Shown: positions 1-9,765, counted from the first letter of the stretch. The stretch: DNA of 64,000 bases from Comamonadaceae bacterium (GCA_003599455.1 QZKF01000076.1:7802-71801), one strand, 5' to 3'. The notes: generated by a model from the sequence alone, not told the origin. Numbers and translations are program-made.

Positions 1-1
1 G

Positions 2-40
2 GACAACATCATGAATCCGGGCAAGATCTTCCCGATGTAA
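2..40 (+). CDS. 3' end of a probable FAD-linked oxidase (GlcD/D-lactate dehydrogenase family), truncated by window start
   Basis: Reads DNIMNPGKIFPM-stop; D..IMNPGK is the typical C-terminus of FAD-linked oxidases. Only 12 codons visible. Confidence 0.6.
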   Translation, partial: DNIMNPGKIFPM

Positions 41-141
41 ATGCCGCGGCCTACGGTGCCAAGCCTGCGGCGTCAGAGGCTGTTCAGCCGCGCTGGCGTG
101 GCTACGATGGACCTCTCTTTTCATCACTCCATGGAGGTCAC

Positions 142-477
142 ATGTCCGGCTGGTACGAACTGCATCAGAACGACAAAGGCAAGTTTTCCTTTGTCCTGAA
201 AGCCGCCAACGGCGAGGTCATCCTGCGCAGCGAAGGCTACGAGACCCGGGCATCGGCCGAGAACGGCATCGCCTCGGCTCAGAAGAACAGCCCCCATGCC
301 GCGAGCTACGAACGCAGCGACGCCACGGATGGCCGCTTCTATTTCAACCTCAAGGCGGCCAACCACCAGGTCATCGGCACCAGCCAGATGTACACGACGG
401 CGGCCAGTCGCGACGCAGGCATCGAGTCGGTGCGCACGAACGGCCACAGCCAGATGGTCAAGGGCGGCGGCTCCTGA
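142..477 (+). CDS. yegP: YegP family protein (tandem DUF1508)
   Basis: Two repeats (F.F.LKAANGEVILRSEGY / FYFNLKAANHQVIGTSQMY..AASRDAGIESV); GGAGG RBS upstream. Confidence 0.9.
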   Translation: MSGWYELHQNDKGKFSFVLKAANGEVILRSEGYETRASAENGIASAQKNSPHAASYERSDATDGRFYFNLKAANHQVIGTSQMYTTAASRDAGIESVRTNGHSQMVKGGGS

Positions 478-530
478 GCTGAGCGGCCTTCAGGCCGCGG
501 GCAAACTCTCGCCCGCTGCTGACCTGCGCT

Positions 531-1448
531 TCAGTGCCCGCCGCGCAGGCGGTCGATCAGGCCATTGAGCGCGTCCAGCGAGCCGAACTGGATCGCGATC
601 TCGCCCATCTCCTCGATGCGCCCGTGGCGCTTGACGCGCTTCTTCACGCGCACCTCGACCTCGGCGGTGAGCAGGTCGGCCAGCTCTTCTTCCACGCGGC
701 GGATGTCGCGCGACTTCTCTTTCTTGAGCTTCTGCGGCGACAGCGCGAACTCGGCACCGAGCTTCTTCACCAGGCTCTCGGCCTCGCGCACCGACATCTT
801 GCGGGCCGCGATCTGGTTGCCGGCGGTGATCTGGCTGGCCTTGTCGAGCGAGAGCAGCGCGCGCGCATGGCCCATGTCGAGGTCGCCGGCCATCAGCATG
901 GTCTGCACCGGCTCGGCCAGCTGCAGCAGGCGCAGCAGGTTGCTGGCGGCGCTGCGCGAACGCCCCACGGCCTGGGCAGCCTGCTCGTGAGTGAGCCCAA
1001 ACTCTTTCACCAGCCTTTGCAGGCCGTGGGCTTCCTCGAGCGGGTTGAGGTCTTCGCGCTGGATGTTCTCGATCAGCGACATGGCCGCCGCGGCCTCGTT
1101 GGGCACGTCGCGCACCAGCACCGGCACGCTGTCCAGGCCCGCGAGCTTCGAGGCGCGGAAGCGGCGCTCGCCGGCAATGATTTCGTATTTGCCGGCGTTG
1201 GCGCCGTCGGCGAGCTGGCGCACCAGGATCGGTTGCATCACGCCCTGGGCCTTGATGCTCTCGGCCAGCTCGTAGAGCGCACCCTCGTCCATGCGCGTGC
1301 GCGGCTGGTACATGCCGGGCACGAGCTGGTCCAGCGTCAGGCTGGACGGCAGCTGGCCGGCGGCATCGGCGGGCGTGCCCTCGAACACCTTGGGGCCGAG
1401 CAGGGCTTCGAGTCCGCGGCCGAGGCCCTTGGGTTTTTTGGTGACCAT
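531..1448 (-). CDS. parB: Chromosome partitioning protein ParB
   Basis: KGLGRGLEALL N-terminus, YQPR, IIAGERRFRAS CTPase motif, ENIQREDLNPLEEA, HTH. Confidence 0.97.
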   Translation of the reverse strand: MVTKKPKGLGRGLEALLGPKVFEGTPADAAGQLPSSLTLDQLVPGMYQPRTRMDEGALYELAESIKAQGVMQPILVRQLADGANAGKYEIIAGERRFRASKLAGLDSVPVLVRDVPNEAAAAMSLIENIQREDLNPLEEAHGLQRLVKEFGLTHEQAAQAVGRSRSAASNLLRLLQLAEPVQTMLMAGDLDMGHARALLSLDKASQITAGNQIAARKMSVREAESLVKKLGAEFALSPQKLKKEKSRDIRRVEEELADLLTAEVEVRVKKRVKRHGRIEEMGEIAIQFGSLDALNGLIDRLRGGH

Positions 1449-1465
1449 GGGTCTTCTTTCGTCAG

Positions 1466-2005
1466 TCAGAGATTCATGAGTTCGGCGAGCACCGCATGGC
1501 CGGCCGGCCAGTCGCCCAGGCCGGTCTCGGCGTTGATGTGGCCGGCCTCGCCCAGGTCAACGAAGCGCGCGCCCCAGGCGGTGGCCAGCGCCTGCGCGCG
1601 CTCGAAACTGCAGTACGGGTCGTTGCGGCTGCCGACCAGCACGCTGGGGAACGGCAGGCGCTGCATGGCGATGGGCGACCAGCTGGGCAGCAGCGGGCGC
1701 ATTTCTTCGCGCTCGGCGTCGCCGGGTGCGACCAGCAGCGCGGCCTTCACGCGCGCGGTGTTCTGCGAATGCGCGGCCCAGGCCGCCGCGTGCAGGCAGC
1801 CCAGGCTGTGGGCCACGAGCACGGCGGGCTCGTCGCAGGTGAACAGCACCTCTTCCAGCCGGGCGATCCAGTCGCCGCGTTTCGGCGTCATCCAGTCGTG
1901 CTGGTCCACCCGGCGGTAGCCGTGGCTGGCTTCCCAGCGGCTTTGCCAGTGGTCGGGGCCGCTGTTCTGCCAGCCGGGCAGGATGAGGACGTTGTCTGGT
2001 TTCAC
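1466..2005 (-). CDS. RBBP9/YdeN family alpha/beta hydrolase
   Basis: LILPGWQNSGPDHWQ, VAHSLGC nucleophile elbow, SRNDPY, GHIN. GTG start at 2005 chosen for the GAGG 9 nt upstream; the ORF-track extension overlaps parA. Confidence 0.88.
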   Translation of the reverse strand: MKPDNVLILPGWQNSGPDHWQSRWEASHGYRRVDQHDWMTPKRGDWIARLEEVLFTCDEPAVLVAHSLGCLHAAAWAAHSQNTARVKAALLVAPGDAEREEMRPLLPSWSPIAMQRLPFPSVLVGSRNDPYCSFERAQALATAWGARFVDLGEAGHINAETGLGDWPAGHAVLAELMNL

Positions 2006-2013
2006 GTGAAACA
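1998..2013. promoter_or_regulatory. parS site 1 (GGTTTCACGTGAAACA)
   Basis: 15/16 match to TGTTTCACGTGAAACA; covers the GTG start of the hydrolase, just downstream of the parA stop. Confidence 0.9.
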
Positions 2014-2021
2014 ACCTCGGC

Positions 2022-2792
2022 TCACAGCTTGTCGATGCGCTCGACCATTTCCTTCGCGAACGCCACGAAGGCCTGGCTGCCACGGGCCGCCGGGTCGAAC
2101 ACCACGCCGGGCAGACCGTAGCTGGGGGCCTCGGCCAGGCGCACGTTGCGCGGAATCACGGTGTCGAACACCTTGTCGCCGAAGTGCGCCTTGAGCTGAT
2201 CGCTCACCTGCTGCTGCAGGGTGATGCGCGGGTCGAACATGACGCGCAGCAGACCGATGATGGCGAGGTCTTTGTTCAGGTTGGCGTGCACCTGCTTGAT
2301 GGTGTTGACCAGGTCGGTCAGGCCCTCGAGCGCGAAGTACTCGCACTGCATGGGCACGATCACGCCGTGCGCCGCGCAAAGGCCATTGAGGGTGAGCATG
2401 CTGAGCGAGGGCGGGCAGTCGATCAGCACGAAGTCGTAGGCATCGGCCACCTCGGCCAGCGCGGTTTTCAGGCGCTTCTCGCGCCGCTCCACCTCGACCA
2501 GCTCGACCTCGGCGCCCGCCAGCTCGCGGTTGGCACCCAGCACGTGGTAGCCACACTTCTCGGAAAACACCGCGGCTTCGGCCACCGAGGCCGATTCCAG
2601 CAGCACGTCGTACACCGAGAGCGCCATCTGCCGCTTGTCCACGCCCGAGCCCATGGTGGCGTTGCCCTGCGGGTCGAGGTCGACCATCAGCACGCGCTGC
2701 CCCACCTTGGCCAGGCCGGCGGCGAGGTTGACGGTGGTGGTGGTCTTGCCGACGCCGCCCTTCTGGTTGGCGATGCAAAAGATCTTGGCCAT
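2022..2792 (-). CDS. parA: Chromosome partitioning ATPase ParA/Soj
   Basis: ANQKGGVGKTTT deviant Walker A, DLDPQGNAT, IDCPPSL, IPRNVRLAEAPSYG. Confidence 0.97.
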   Translation of the reverse strand: MAKIFCIANQKGGVGKTTTTVNLAAGLAKVGQRVLMVDLDPQGNATMGSGVDKRQMALSVYDVLLESASVAEAAVFSEKCGYHVLGANRELAGAEVELVEVERREKRLKTALAEVADAYDFVLIDCPPSLSMLTLNGLCAAHGVIVPMQCEYFALEGLTDLVNTIKQVHANLNKDLAIIGLLRVMFDPRITLQQQVSDQLKAHFGDKVFDTVIPRNVRLAEAPSYGLPGVVFDPAARGSQAFVAFAKEMVERIDKL

Positions 2793-2801
2793 GGGTTCTT
2801 C

Positions 2802-3416
2802 TTATTTGGAGATGGCCAGCTTGATGCCGAAGCCGATGAGGAACAGGCCCGCGACTTTCTCCAGCGCGCGGCCGATGGCCGGGTTGGCGCGCATGCGCTC
2901 GGCCAGGAAGTGGGTCAGAAGCGTGACGGTCAGGCCATAGGCGAAGGTCAGCACCGCGATGGTGGCGGCCATGGCACCGAAGCTGACCAGGCCCTGGTGG
3001 CGGGCCGGGTCCACGAACAGCGGGAAGAAGGCCATGTAGAAGACGATGGCCTTGGGGTTGAGCAGTGTGATGGTGAAGGCCTGCTGGAAGTACTGGCGCG
3101 GACGGATGTGCAGCACCGGCGCATCACCCGGCTTGGCGGTGAGCATCTTCCAGCCCAGCCAGGCGAGGTAGGCCGCGCCCAGCCACTGCACCGCGCTGAA
3201 GGCCGCCGGGTAAGCCGCCAACAAGGCCGCCACACCGGCCACCGCCAGCCACATCAGCACCTGGTCCCCGGCGATCACGCCGAAGGTGGCAGCCAGGCCA
3301 CCGCGTACCCCGCCCTTGCCGGTGGAGGTGATCAGCGCCAGGTTGCCGGGCCCGGGAATGAGCAAAAAGACGACGATGGCGGCGACAAATGCGCCGTAGT
3401 CTGCGATGCCGAACAT
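2802..3416 (-). CDS. LysE/RhtB family amino-acid exporter
   Basis: LIPGPGNL, GAAYLAWLG, LLNPKAIVFY motifs; hydrophobic. Confidence 0.9.
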   Translation of the reverse strand: MFGIADYGAFVAAIVVFLLIPGPGNLALITSTGKGGVRGGLAATFGVIAGDQVLMWLAVAGVAALLAAYPAAFSAVQWLGAAYLAWLGWKMLTAKPGDAPVLHIRPRQYFQQAFTITLLNPKAIVFYMAFFPLFVDPARHQGLVSFGAMAATIAVLTFAYGLTVTLLTHFLAERMRANPAIGRALEKVAGLFLIGFGIKLAISK

Positions 3417-3496
3417 GGAGAACCCCCGGGATGTGGAGGGTCGAGTTTACGTGAAGGGTCCGGGCGGCCGGCGCCGCGCGCGCCGGGCTGTGATGC

Positions 3497-4171
3497 TCAG
3501 GCCACAGCGCCGGGCCCGGGCCGCATCCAGACGATGCAGCGCTCGGCGTCCAGCCCGGGCACGCGGAGCTGTTCCACGTGAAACACATCCACCGCGCCGG
3601 CCTCGGCATCCAGGGTGGCGAGCTCGTCACCGGGGTGTTTGCCTTTCATGGCCATCCAGATGCCACCGGGCTGGAGGGCGTCGCGCGACCAGCGGGTGAA
3701 GTCCACCAGCGAGGCAAAGGCCCGGGAGCACACCACGTCAAAGCCCTGCCCCGACAGCGCGTTGAGGCTTTCCACCCGGGCATGCAGGCCTGTCAGGTTC
3801 GGCAGCTTGAGCGTGGCCGCCGCCTGCTGGATGAAGGCAGCCTTCTTGGCCACGGTGTCCACGCAGGTCACGGAGATCTGCGGGCAGGCGATGGCGATCA
3901 CCACACCCGGCAGGCCGCCGCCCGAACCCACGTCGAGCAGGTGCAGCGGACGGTCGTCGACCTGCCGGCGCAAGGGGCCGATCACCGCCAGGCTGTCGAG
4001 CAGGTGGTGGGTCATCATCTCGGCGGGGTCGCGCACCGCCGTGAGGTTGTAGACCTTGTTCCATTTCTGGAGCAGGCCCAGGTAGTCGAGCAGCAGGTCG
4101 ACCTGCCGCGCATCCAGATCGAGCTGGAGCGACTGCAGGCCAGCCTGCAGCGTGGCGCGCGGATCGCTCAT
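3497..4171 (-). CDS. rsmG: 16S rRNA m7G527 methyltransferase RsmG (GidB)
   Basis: [31 protein letters not shown]; overlaps the mnmG stop. Confidence 0.96.
   Translation of the reverse strand: MSDPRATLQAGLQSLQLDLDARQVDLLLDYLGLLQKWNKVYNLTAVRDPAEMMTHHLLDSLAVIGPLRRQVDDRPLHLLDVGSGGGLPGVVIAIACPQISVTCVDTVAKKAAFIQQAAATLKLPNLTGLHARVESLNALSGQGFDVVCSRAFASLVDFTRWSRDALQPGGIWMAMKGKHPGDELATLDAEAGAVDVFHVEQLRVPGLDAERCIVWMRPGPGAVA
3570..3585. promoter_or_regulatory. parS site 2 (TGTTCCACGTGAAACA) inside rsmG
   Basis: Exact match to TGTTNCACGTGAAACA; encodes VFHVEQ. Confidence 0.9.
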
Positions 4172-6141
4172 GCCTCGACGTCGGCCGGGACCGGCAGCGT
4201 GGCGAAGCCCTTGAAACCGCCCTTCTTCAGGTGGATCAGCAGCAGCGAGATGCTCGCCGGCGTGATGCCCGAGATGCGCGAGGCCTGCCCGAGGGTGTCG
4301 GGCCGGTGCTGGGCCAGCTTCTGGCGCGCTTCGAACGACAGCGCCTTCACCTGCAGGTAGTCCAGATCGGCGGGCAGCCGCAGGCCCTCGTAGTGCGCGG
4401 CGCGCTCCACCTCGTTTTTCTGACGGTCGATGTAGCCCGAATACTTGGCCGCGATCTCCAGCTGCTCCACCACCGGCTCCAGCAGCTCGGCCAGTGTTTC
4501 ACGTGAAACCTCGGGCGCGGCGTACTTGCCGCCGTCCATGCCCACGAGGTCGGCGTAGGCCACGCCCGGGCGGCGCAACAGGTCGAAAAGGTTGTGCTCG
4601 TGCTCGATCGCCTTGCCCAGCACACGCTCGGTTTCGGCCGCCGGCAGGTTGCGCGGGTTCACCCAGGTGGCCTTCAGGCGCTCGGTTTCACGTGAAACCG
4701 CGTCGCGCTTGCGGCTAAAGGCGTCCCACTGCGCATCGCCCACTAGGCCCATGCGCCGGCCGGCTTCGGTCAGGCGCATGTCGGCGTTGTCCTCGCGCAG
4801 CTGCAGCCGGAACTCGGCCCGGCTGGTGAACATGCGGTAGGGCTCGGTCACGCCCTGGGTGATCAGGTCGTCGACCAGCACGCCCAGATAGGCCTCGTCG
4901 CGGCGTGGCAGCCAGGCGTCTTCGCCCCGGCACTGCAGGGCGGCGTTGATGCCGGCGAACAGGCCCTGGGCCGCGGCCTCCTCGTAGCCCGTGGTGCCGT
5001 TGATCTGGCCGGCGAAGTACAGCCCCTGAATCTGTTTCGTCTCGAAGCTGCTCTTGAGCGAGCGCGGGTCGAAGTAGTCGTATTCGATGGCGTAGCCGGG
5101 GCGCAGGATGTGCGCGTTCTCCAGCCCGGCCATGCTGCGCACCAGCTGGTACTGGATGTCGAACGGCAGGCTGGTGGAGATGCCGTTGGGGTAGACCTCG
5201 TGCGTGCTCAGGCCCTCGGGCTCCAGGAAGATCTGGTGGCTGTCCTTGTCGGCGAAGCGGTTGATCTTGTCTTCCACGCTCGGGCAATAGCGCGGGCCCA
5301 CGCCCTCGATCTTGCCGGTGAACATGGGGCTGCGGTCGAAGCCGGAGCGGATGATCTCGTGCGTGCGTTGATTGGTGTGCGTGATCCAGCACGGCACCTG
5401 GCGCGGGTGCATGGCGGTGCTGCCCATGAAGCTGAACACCGGCACCGGCTGGTCCGGGTTCATGCCGCCGGGCACACCGTCGCCGGGCTGCTCGGTGCAC
5501 TTCGAATAGTCGATGCTGCGGCCGTCCAGCCGCGGCGGGGTGCCGGTTTTCAGGCGGCCCTGCGGCAGTTTCAGTTCCTTGAGGCGCGCCGAGAGCGACA
5601 CCGCCGGCGGGTCACCCGCACGACCGGCCGCGTAGTTGTTCAGGCCGACGTGGATCTTGCCGTCCAGGAAGGTGCCAGCGGTCAGCACCACGGTGCGAGC
5701 GCGGAAGCGGATGCCCACCTGCGTCACCGCGCCCACCACCCGGTCGCCCTCCACCATCAGGTCGTCCACCGCCTGCTGGAACAGCCAAAGGTTCGGCTGG
5801 TTCTCCAGCGTGCGGCGGATCGCGGCCTTGTACAGCACGCGGTCGGCCTGGGCGCGGGTGGCGCGCACGGCCGGACCCTTGGAGCTGTTCAGGATGCGGA
5901 ACTGGATGCCGCCTTCGTCGGTGGCCAGCGCCATGGCGCCGCCCAGCGCGTCCACCTCTTTCACCAGGTGGCCCTTGCCGATGCCGCCGATGCTGGGGTT
6001 GCAGCTCATCTGGCCCAGCGTCTCGATGTTGTGCGTGAGCAGCAGCGTGGCGCAGCCCATGCGCGCGGCGGCCAGCGCGGCTTCGGTGCCGGCATGCCCG
6101 CCGCCGACGACGATGACATCGAATTCCTGTGGGTACAACAT
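4168..6141 (-). CDS. mnmG: tRNA uridine-5-carboxymethylaminomethyl modification enzyme MnmG (GidA)
   Basis: Start [22 protein letters not shown]; [35 protein letters not shown]. Confidence 0.98.
   Translation of the reverse strand: MLYPQEFDVIVVGGGHAGTEAALAAARMGCATLLLTHNIETLGQMSCNPSIGGIGKGHLVKEVDALGGAMALATDEGGIQFRILNSSKGPAVRATRAQADRVLYKAAIRRTLENQPNLWLFQQAVDDLMVEGDRVVGAVTQVGIRFRARTVVLTAGTFLDGKIHVGLNNYAAGRAGDPPAVSLSARLKELKLPQGRLKTGTPPRLDGRSIDYSKCTEQPGDGVPGGMNPDQPVPVFSFMGSTAMHPRQVPCWITHTNQRTHEIIRSGFDRSPMFTGKIEGVGPRYCPSVEDKINRFADKDSHQIFLEPEGLSTHEVYPNGISTSLPFDIQYQLVRSMAGLENAHILRPGYAIEYDYFDPRSLKSSFETKQIQGLYFAGQINGTTGYEEAAAQGLFAGINAALQCRGEDAWLPRRDEAYLGVLVDDLITQGVTEPYRMFTSRAEFRLQLREDNADMRLTEAGRRMGLVGDAQWDAFSRKRDAVSRETERLKATWVNPRNLPAAETERVLGKAIEHEHNLFDLLRRPGVAYADLVGMDGGKYAAPEVSRETLAELLEPVVEQLEIAAKYSGYIDRQKNEVERAAHYEGLRLPADLDYLQVKALSFEARQKLAQHRPDTLGQASRISGITPASISLLLIHLKKGGFKGFATLPVPADVEA
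4495..4510. promoter_or_regulatory. parS site 3 (TGTTTCACGTGAAACC) inside mnmG
   Basis: 15/16 consensus match; encodes VSRET. Confidence 0.9.
4684..4699. promoter_or_regulatory. parS site 4 (GGTTTCACGTGAAACC) inside mnmG
   Basis: Perfect palindrome (18 bp with flanks, 4683-4700); encodes VSRET. Confidence 0.9.
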
Positions 6142-6250
6142 GATGGTGATCGCTTCCGGGGTGCTGCGGCCCGGCGCCCCGGGCAACCCGCAATTGTCCC
6201 ACCGTTGCGCGGTTTCTGCCCTGCCCGGCCCGCTCCGCCACAATGCGGGC

Positions 6251-6847
6251 ATGAGCCACACCCCCACCCCTCTTCTGATCTTCGCGGGCAGCACCCGCGC
6301 CCAGTCGCACAACCGCCGCCTGGCCCAGGTCGCCGCCGGCATCGCGCGCGCCCAGGGCGCCCAGGTCACGCACATCGAGCTGGCCGACTTCGAGCTGCCG
6401 CTGTACAACGCCGACCTGGAAGCGCGCGGCACGCCGGCCGCCGCCATCCGCCTCAAGGAGCTCTTCCACGCCCACCCGGCCTGGGTGATCTGTTCGCCCG
6501 AATACAACGGCAGCTACACCGGCCTGCTCAAGAACACCATCGACTGGGTGTCCAGCCCGGTCAAGGGCGACCCGCTCTGGAGCAGCGGCAGCAAGCCCTT
6601 CGCGGGCAAGGTGGTGGGCCTGCTCAGCGCCTCGCCCGGCGCGCTGGGTGGTCTGCGCAGCCTGTCGCACCTGACGCCCCTGCTGCTGAATCTGCAGTGC
6701 TGGGTGACGCCGAAGCAGTTTGCGCTGTCGCGCGCCGGCGAAGCTTTCGATGCCGACGGCCAGCTGGTCGCCGAGCCCGCGCGCCAGGCGGTGCAGGGCG
6801 TGGTCGAGCAGGCCCTCTGGGCCGCCGGCAAGCTCTCGAATTCATAG
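6251..6847 (+). CDS. NADPH-dependent FMN reductase (ChrR/SsuE-like)
   Basis: [37 protein letters not shown]; divergent from mnmG. Confidence 0.92.
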   Translation: MSHTPTPLLIFAGSTRAQSHNRRLAQVAAGIARAQGAQVTHIELADFELPLYNADLEARGTPAAAIRLKELFHAHPAWVICSPEYNGSYTGLLKNTIDWVSSPVKGDPLWSSGSKPFAGKVVGLLSASPGALGGLRSLSHLTPLLLNLQCWVTPKQFALSRAGEAFDADGQLVAEPARQAVQGVVEQALWAAGKLSNS

Positions 6848-6859
6848 CATCAAGCCTTT

Positions 6860-7123
6860 ATGCAATGCCGTCCCGGCTGTGCCGCCTGCTGCATCGCGCC
6901 GTCGATCAGCAGCCCCCTGCCCGGCCTGCCCCAGGGCAAGCCGGCGGGCATGCCCTGCCCGCAGCTCGATGACGAACTGCGCTGCCGCCTGTTCGGCCAG
7001 CCCGAGCGCCCGGCCGTGTGCGGTTCGCTCGCGCCCGGCCCCGAGATGTGCGGCGAGCGCCGCGAACACGCCATGGCCTGGTTGACCCGGCTGGAGCGCG
7101 ACACCGAGCCCCAACTTCCATGA
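6860..7123 (+). CDS. YkgJ family cysteine-cluster (Zn/Fe-chelating) protein
   Basis: CRPGCAACC, GKPAGMPCPQL, C..FGQPERPAVC pattern. Confidence 0.85.
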   Translation: MQCRPGCAACCIAPSISSPLPGLPQGKPAGMPCPQLDDELRCRLFGQPERPAVCGSLAPGPEMCGERREHAMAWLTRLERDTEPQLP

Positions 7124-7779
7124 ACACCACCGACTGGCAGGCACTGGCCCAGCTCTACCCCGCGCTCGAAGCGGCCGTGCCGGCCAACGACGTCGAGGCC
7201 CTGGCCGTGATGGACGTGCCCGCCGGCACCACCCTGTTTCGCGAACAGGAGCGCTGCGGCGGCTTCCCGCTGCTGCTCAGCGGCGAGGTGCGCGTATCGC
7301 GCTCGGCCAGCAGCGGGCGCGAGCTGGAGCTCTACCGCGTGGTGCCGGGCGAGATGTGCCTGGTCTCTTCCTCGTGCCTGTTCGTCGACCAGCCGCTGAG
7401 CGCGCACGGGCTCACGGTCAAGCCCACCCGGCTGGCGCTGCTGGCGCCCGGGGCGTTCCGCGCCGCGCTGGCCCACACCGGTTTCCGCGACTTCGTGCTC
7501 GGCCTGTTCGCCGCCCGCCTGGCCGACCTCACCGGCCTGATCGAGGCGGTCGCCTTCCAGCGGCTCGACAGCCGCCTGGCCGCCGCCCTGCTCGGCCATG
7601 GCACGCAGGTGCACGCCACCCACCAGGCGCTGGCCGACGATCTGGGCACGGTGCGCGAAATCGTCACCCGCCTGCTGCACCGCTTCGAGCGCGACGGCTG
7701 GGTGGAGCTCTCGCGCGAGTGCATCACCGTGCGCGACAGCGCCGCCCTGCGCGCACTCGCCGCGCTGCAGCCCCGCTGA
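7120..7779 (+). CDS. Crp/Fnr family transcriptional regulator
   Basis: cNMP-binding-like domain (GEVRV..SGRELELYRVVPGEMC) and C-terminal HTH (THQALADDLGTVREIVTRLL); ATGA overlap with the upstream gene. Confidence 0.92.
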   Translation: MNTTDWQALAQLYPALEAAVPANDVEALAVMDVPAGTTLFREQERCGGFPLLLSGEVRVSRSASSGRELELYRVVPGEMCLVSSSCLFVDQPLSAHGLTVKPTRLALLAPGAFRAALAHTGFRDFVLGLFAARLADLTGLIEAVAFQRLDSRLAAALLGHGTQVHATHQALADDLGTVREIVTRLLHRFERDGWVELSRECITVRDSAALRALAALQPR

Positions 7780-7797
7780 AGACCGGCCGGCGGCCTG

Positions 7798-7813
7798 TGT
7801 GACCCAGGTCACA
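7798..7813. promoter_or_regulatory. CRP-type operator TGTGA-CCCAGG-TCACA
   Basis: Perfect TGTGA-N6-TCACA between the Crp/Fnr gene and DUF2892. Confidence 0.75.
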
Positions 7814-7895
7814 TACCCGAAGCGCGCCGGCGGGCCCAATGGCTGCACCCCACCCTGTTCCGGGGTGGTCAAGACACCTTCAACGGAGAAACACC

Positions 7896-8087
7896 ATGAC
7901 CAAGAACGTCGGCGGCATCGACCGCACCCTTCGCATCGCCATCGGCCTGGCCCTCATCGCCGCGGCCGCCACCGGCACCGTCGGCCTGTGGGGCTACATC
8001 GGCGTGCTGCCGCTGTTCACCGGCCTGGTGGGCTGGTGCCCGCCGTATGCCCTGCTGGGCTTCAACACCTGCTCGATGAAGAAATAG
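7896..8087 (+). CDS. DUF2892 (YgaP-like) small membrane protein
   Basis: MTKNVGGIDRTLRI..G, GLVGWCPPYALLGFNTC; GGAGA RBS. Confidence 0.9.
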   Translation: MTKNVGGIDRTLRIAIGLALIAAAATGTVGLWGYIGVLPLFTGLVGWCPPYALLGFNTCSMKK

Positions 8088-8187
8088 GCCCCGGAGCACG
8101 CCTGTCCTTGCAGGGACAGGACAGGCGCGCCCAGGCGGCATACAGTGCAAGGCTCGCGCCCACGTCGAGGCGTCCAGGAGACACACC

Positions 8188-8958
8188 ATGCACATCCCGT
8201 CCCTCAGAGAAGTGGTCAGCGCCGAAGAATGGGCGCTGCGCTGCGACCTCGCCGCCTGCTACCGGCTGGTGGCTGCCTACGGCTGGAGCGATCTGGTCTT
8301 CACCCACATCAGCGCCAAGCTGCCCGACTCGGTCACCGGTGGCGACCACCAGTTCCTGATCAACCCCTACGGCCTGATGTTCGACGAGATCACGGCGAGC
8401 AGCCTGGTCAAGGTCGACATGGCCTGCAACAAGCTGCACGACACGCCGTTCCCGGTGAACCCGGCCGGCTTCGTGATCCACAGCGCGGTGCACGAGGCGC
8501 GGCCCGAGGCCGGCTGCGTGATGCACACGCACTCCCGCGCCGGGGTGGCGGTGAGCGCTCAGAAGGCCGGCATCCTGCCCATCAGCCAGCAGAGTACGTT
8601 TGTGCTCGCTTCGCTGGCGTACCACGAGTACGAAGGCGTGGCCCTGCGGCCCGAGGAAAAAGTGCGGCTGCAGGCCGACCTGGGCAGCGCCAACCACCTG
8701 GTGCTGCGCAACCACGGCCTGCTGACCGTGGGCAAGACCATCCCCGACGCCTTCCTCGCCATGTACACGCTGGAGAACACCTGCCGCATCCAGGTCGACG
8801 CGATGGCCGGCGGCACCGAGCTCACGCAGGTGAACCCCGCCATCCTGGCCGGCATGGCCGATGTGATGCGCGTGGCCACCGCCGGCCTGGGCTCGCAGCT
8901 GGCCTGGCCGGCGCTGCTGCGCAAGGCGGAGAAGCTGGACCCGGGCTACCGGAGCTGA
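8188..8958 (+). CDS. Class II aldolase/adducin family protein
   Basis: DLVFTHIS, GFVIHSAVH, MHTHS, LRNHGLLT metal-binding histidines. Confidence 0.9.
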   Translation: MHIPSLREVVSAEEWALRCDLAACYRLVAAYGWSDLVFTHISAKLPDSVTGGDHQFLINPYGLMFDEITASSLVKVDMACNKLHDTPFPVNPAGFVIHSAVHEARPEAGCVMHTHSRAGVAVSAQKAGILPISQQSTFVLASLAYHEYEGVALRPEEKVRLQADLGSANHLVLRNHGLLTVGKTIPDAFLAMYTLENTCRIQVDAMAGGTELTQVNPAILAGMADVMRVATAGLGSQLAWPALLRKAEKLDPGYRS

Positions 8959-8962
8959 GCGC

Positions 8963-9709
8963 TCAGGGCGGCTGCCGCACGAAGGCGGCCATGCCGTCGA
9001 GCACGGTGCGCAGGCGCACCAGCTCGCGCGAGGTGTCGAGCCGCTTCGACCACGCCGCCAGGCGCGAGACACGCTGCAGGCGCGGCAGCAGGTGGACGAT
9101 GAAGTCGCGCAGCGCGGCGCCGCCCGTGCCCGCGTTGGCATAGGCCTGCAGCACCGCCTGCACCGCAGAAGGCCCGAGCGGCTGCAGGTAGCGCGCCAGC
9201 GACAGCAGCAGCTGCAGCATGTCGTAGACCTGCACCGTGCCCAGCGCCATGCCGGGCTGCAGGCGCTCCTCGAAATCGAGCCGGGCGAAGCGCTGCCCGT
9301 CCCAGGTCAGGTTGCGGATCTGCGCGCCGCCATGCCACTGGCCGCGCGCGTGGAAGGCGGCCAGGTCGGCGCTGGCCGCGCACATCAGTTCCAGCCACTC
9401 GTCCTCGGGCCGGCGGTGCAGCTGGTGGTCCAGGGTGTCGCCCACATCGCCGGTGGTGAGCGAGAAGCCGTCGAAAGCCAGCACCGGCGGCACGTGCTCG
9501 CCCGCAGCCGCCAGGGCCTTGAGGCGCTCGTGCTCATAGGCCAGCAGCACCGCGCCATCGGTCTGGCGCACCGCGAGCCAGGGCACGGGCACGCCGACAA
9601 AATGCGCGAACACCCAGATGCCCATGGACTTGCGCAGGCTGCGCAAGGGCCGGTCGGCGGTCTTGGTCCAGGTCTTGAAAGACGACGGGGGTGGGGCGGG
9701 TGTGCTCAA
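8963..9709 (-). CDS. Kinase-like protein (Kdo/InaA/APH-like fold), atypical catalytic loop
   Basis: E..RL..L...G.HVP, FHARGQWHGGAQIRN, LDFE, D..QL. Family assignment tentative. Confidence 0.55.
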   Translation of the reverse strand: MSTPAPPPSSFKTWTKTADRPLRSLRKSMGIWVFAHFVGVPVPWLAVRQTDGAVLLAYEHERLKALAAAGEHVPPVLAFDGFSLTTGDVGDTLDHQLHRRPEDEWLELMCAASADLAAFHARGQWHGGAQIRNLTWDGQRFARLDFEERLQPGMALGTVQVYDMLQLLLSLARYLQPLGPSAVQAVLQAYANAGTGGAALRDFIVHLLPRLQRVSRLAAWSKRLDTSRELVRLRTVLDGMAAFVRQPP

Positions 9710-9765
9710 GGGGTGGGATTATCCCCAGAAACCCGGAACACCCGCGGAACCGGGCCTGGACAGGC

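Noticed and set aside
3445-3456. GTTTACGTGAAG, a possible fifth parS
   Set aside because: It needs a deletion plus mismatches and the dyad symmetry is broken.
6142-6507. 122-aa N-terminal extension of MnmG in the ORF track
   Set aside because: It overlaps the divergent FMN reductase gene; the conserved MnmG N-terminus begins at 6141.
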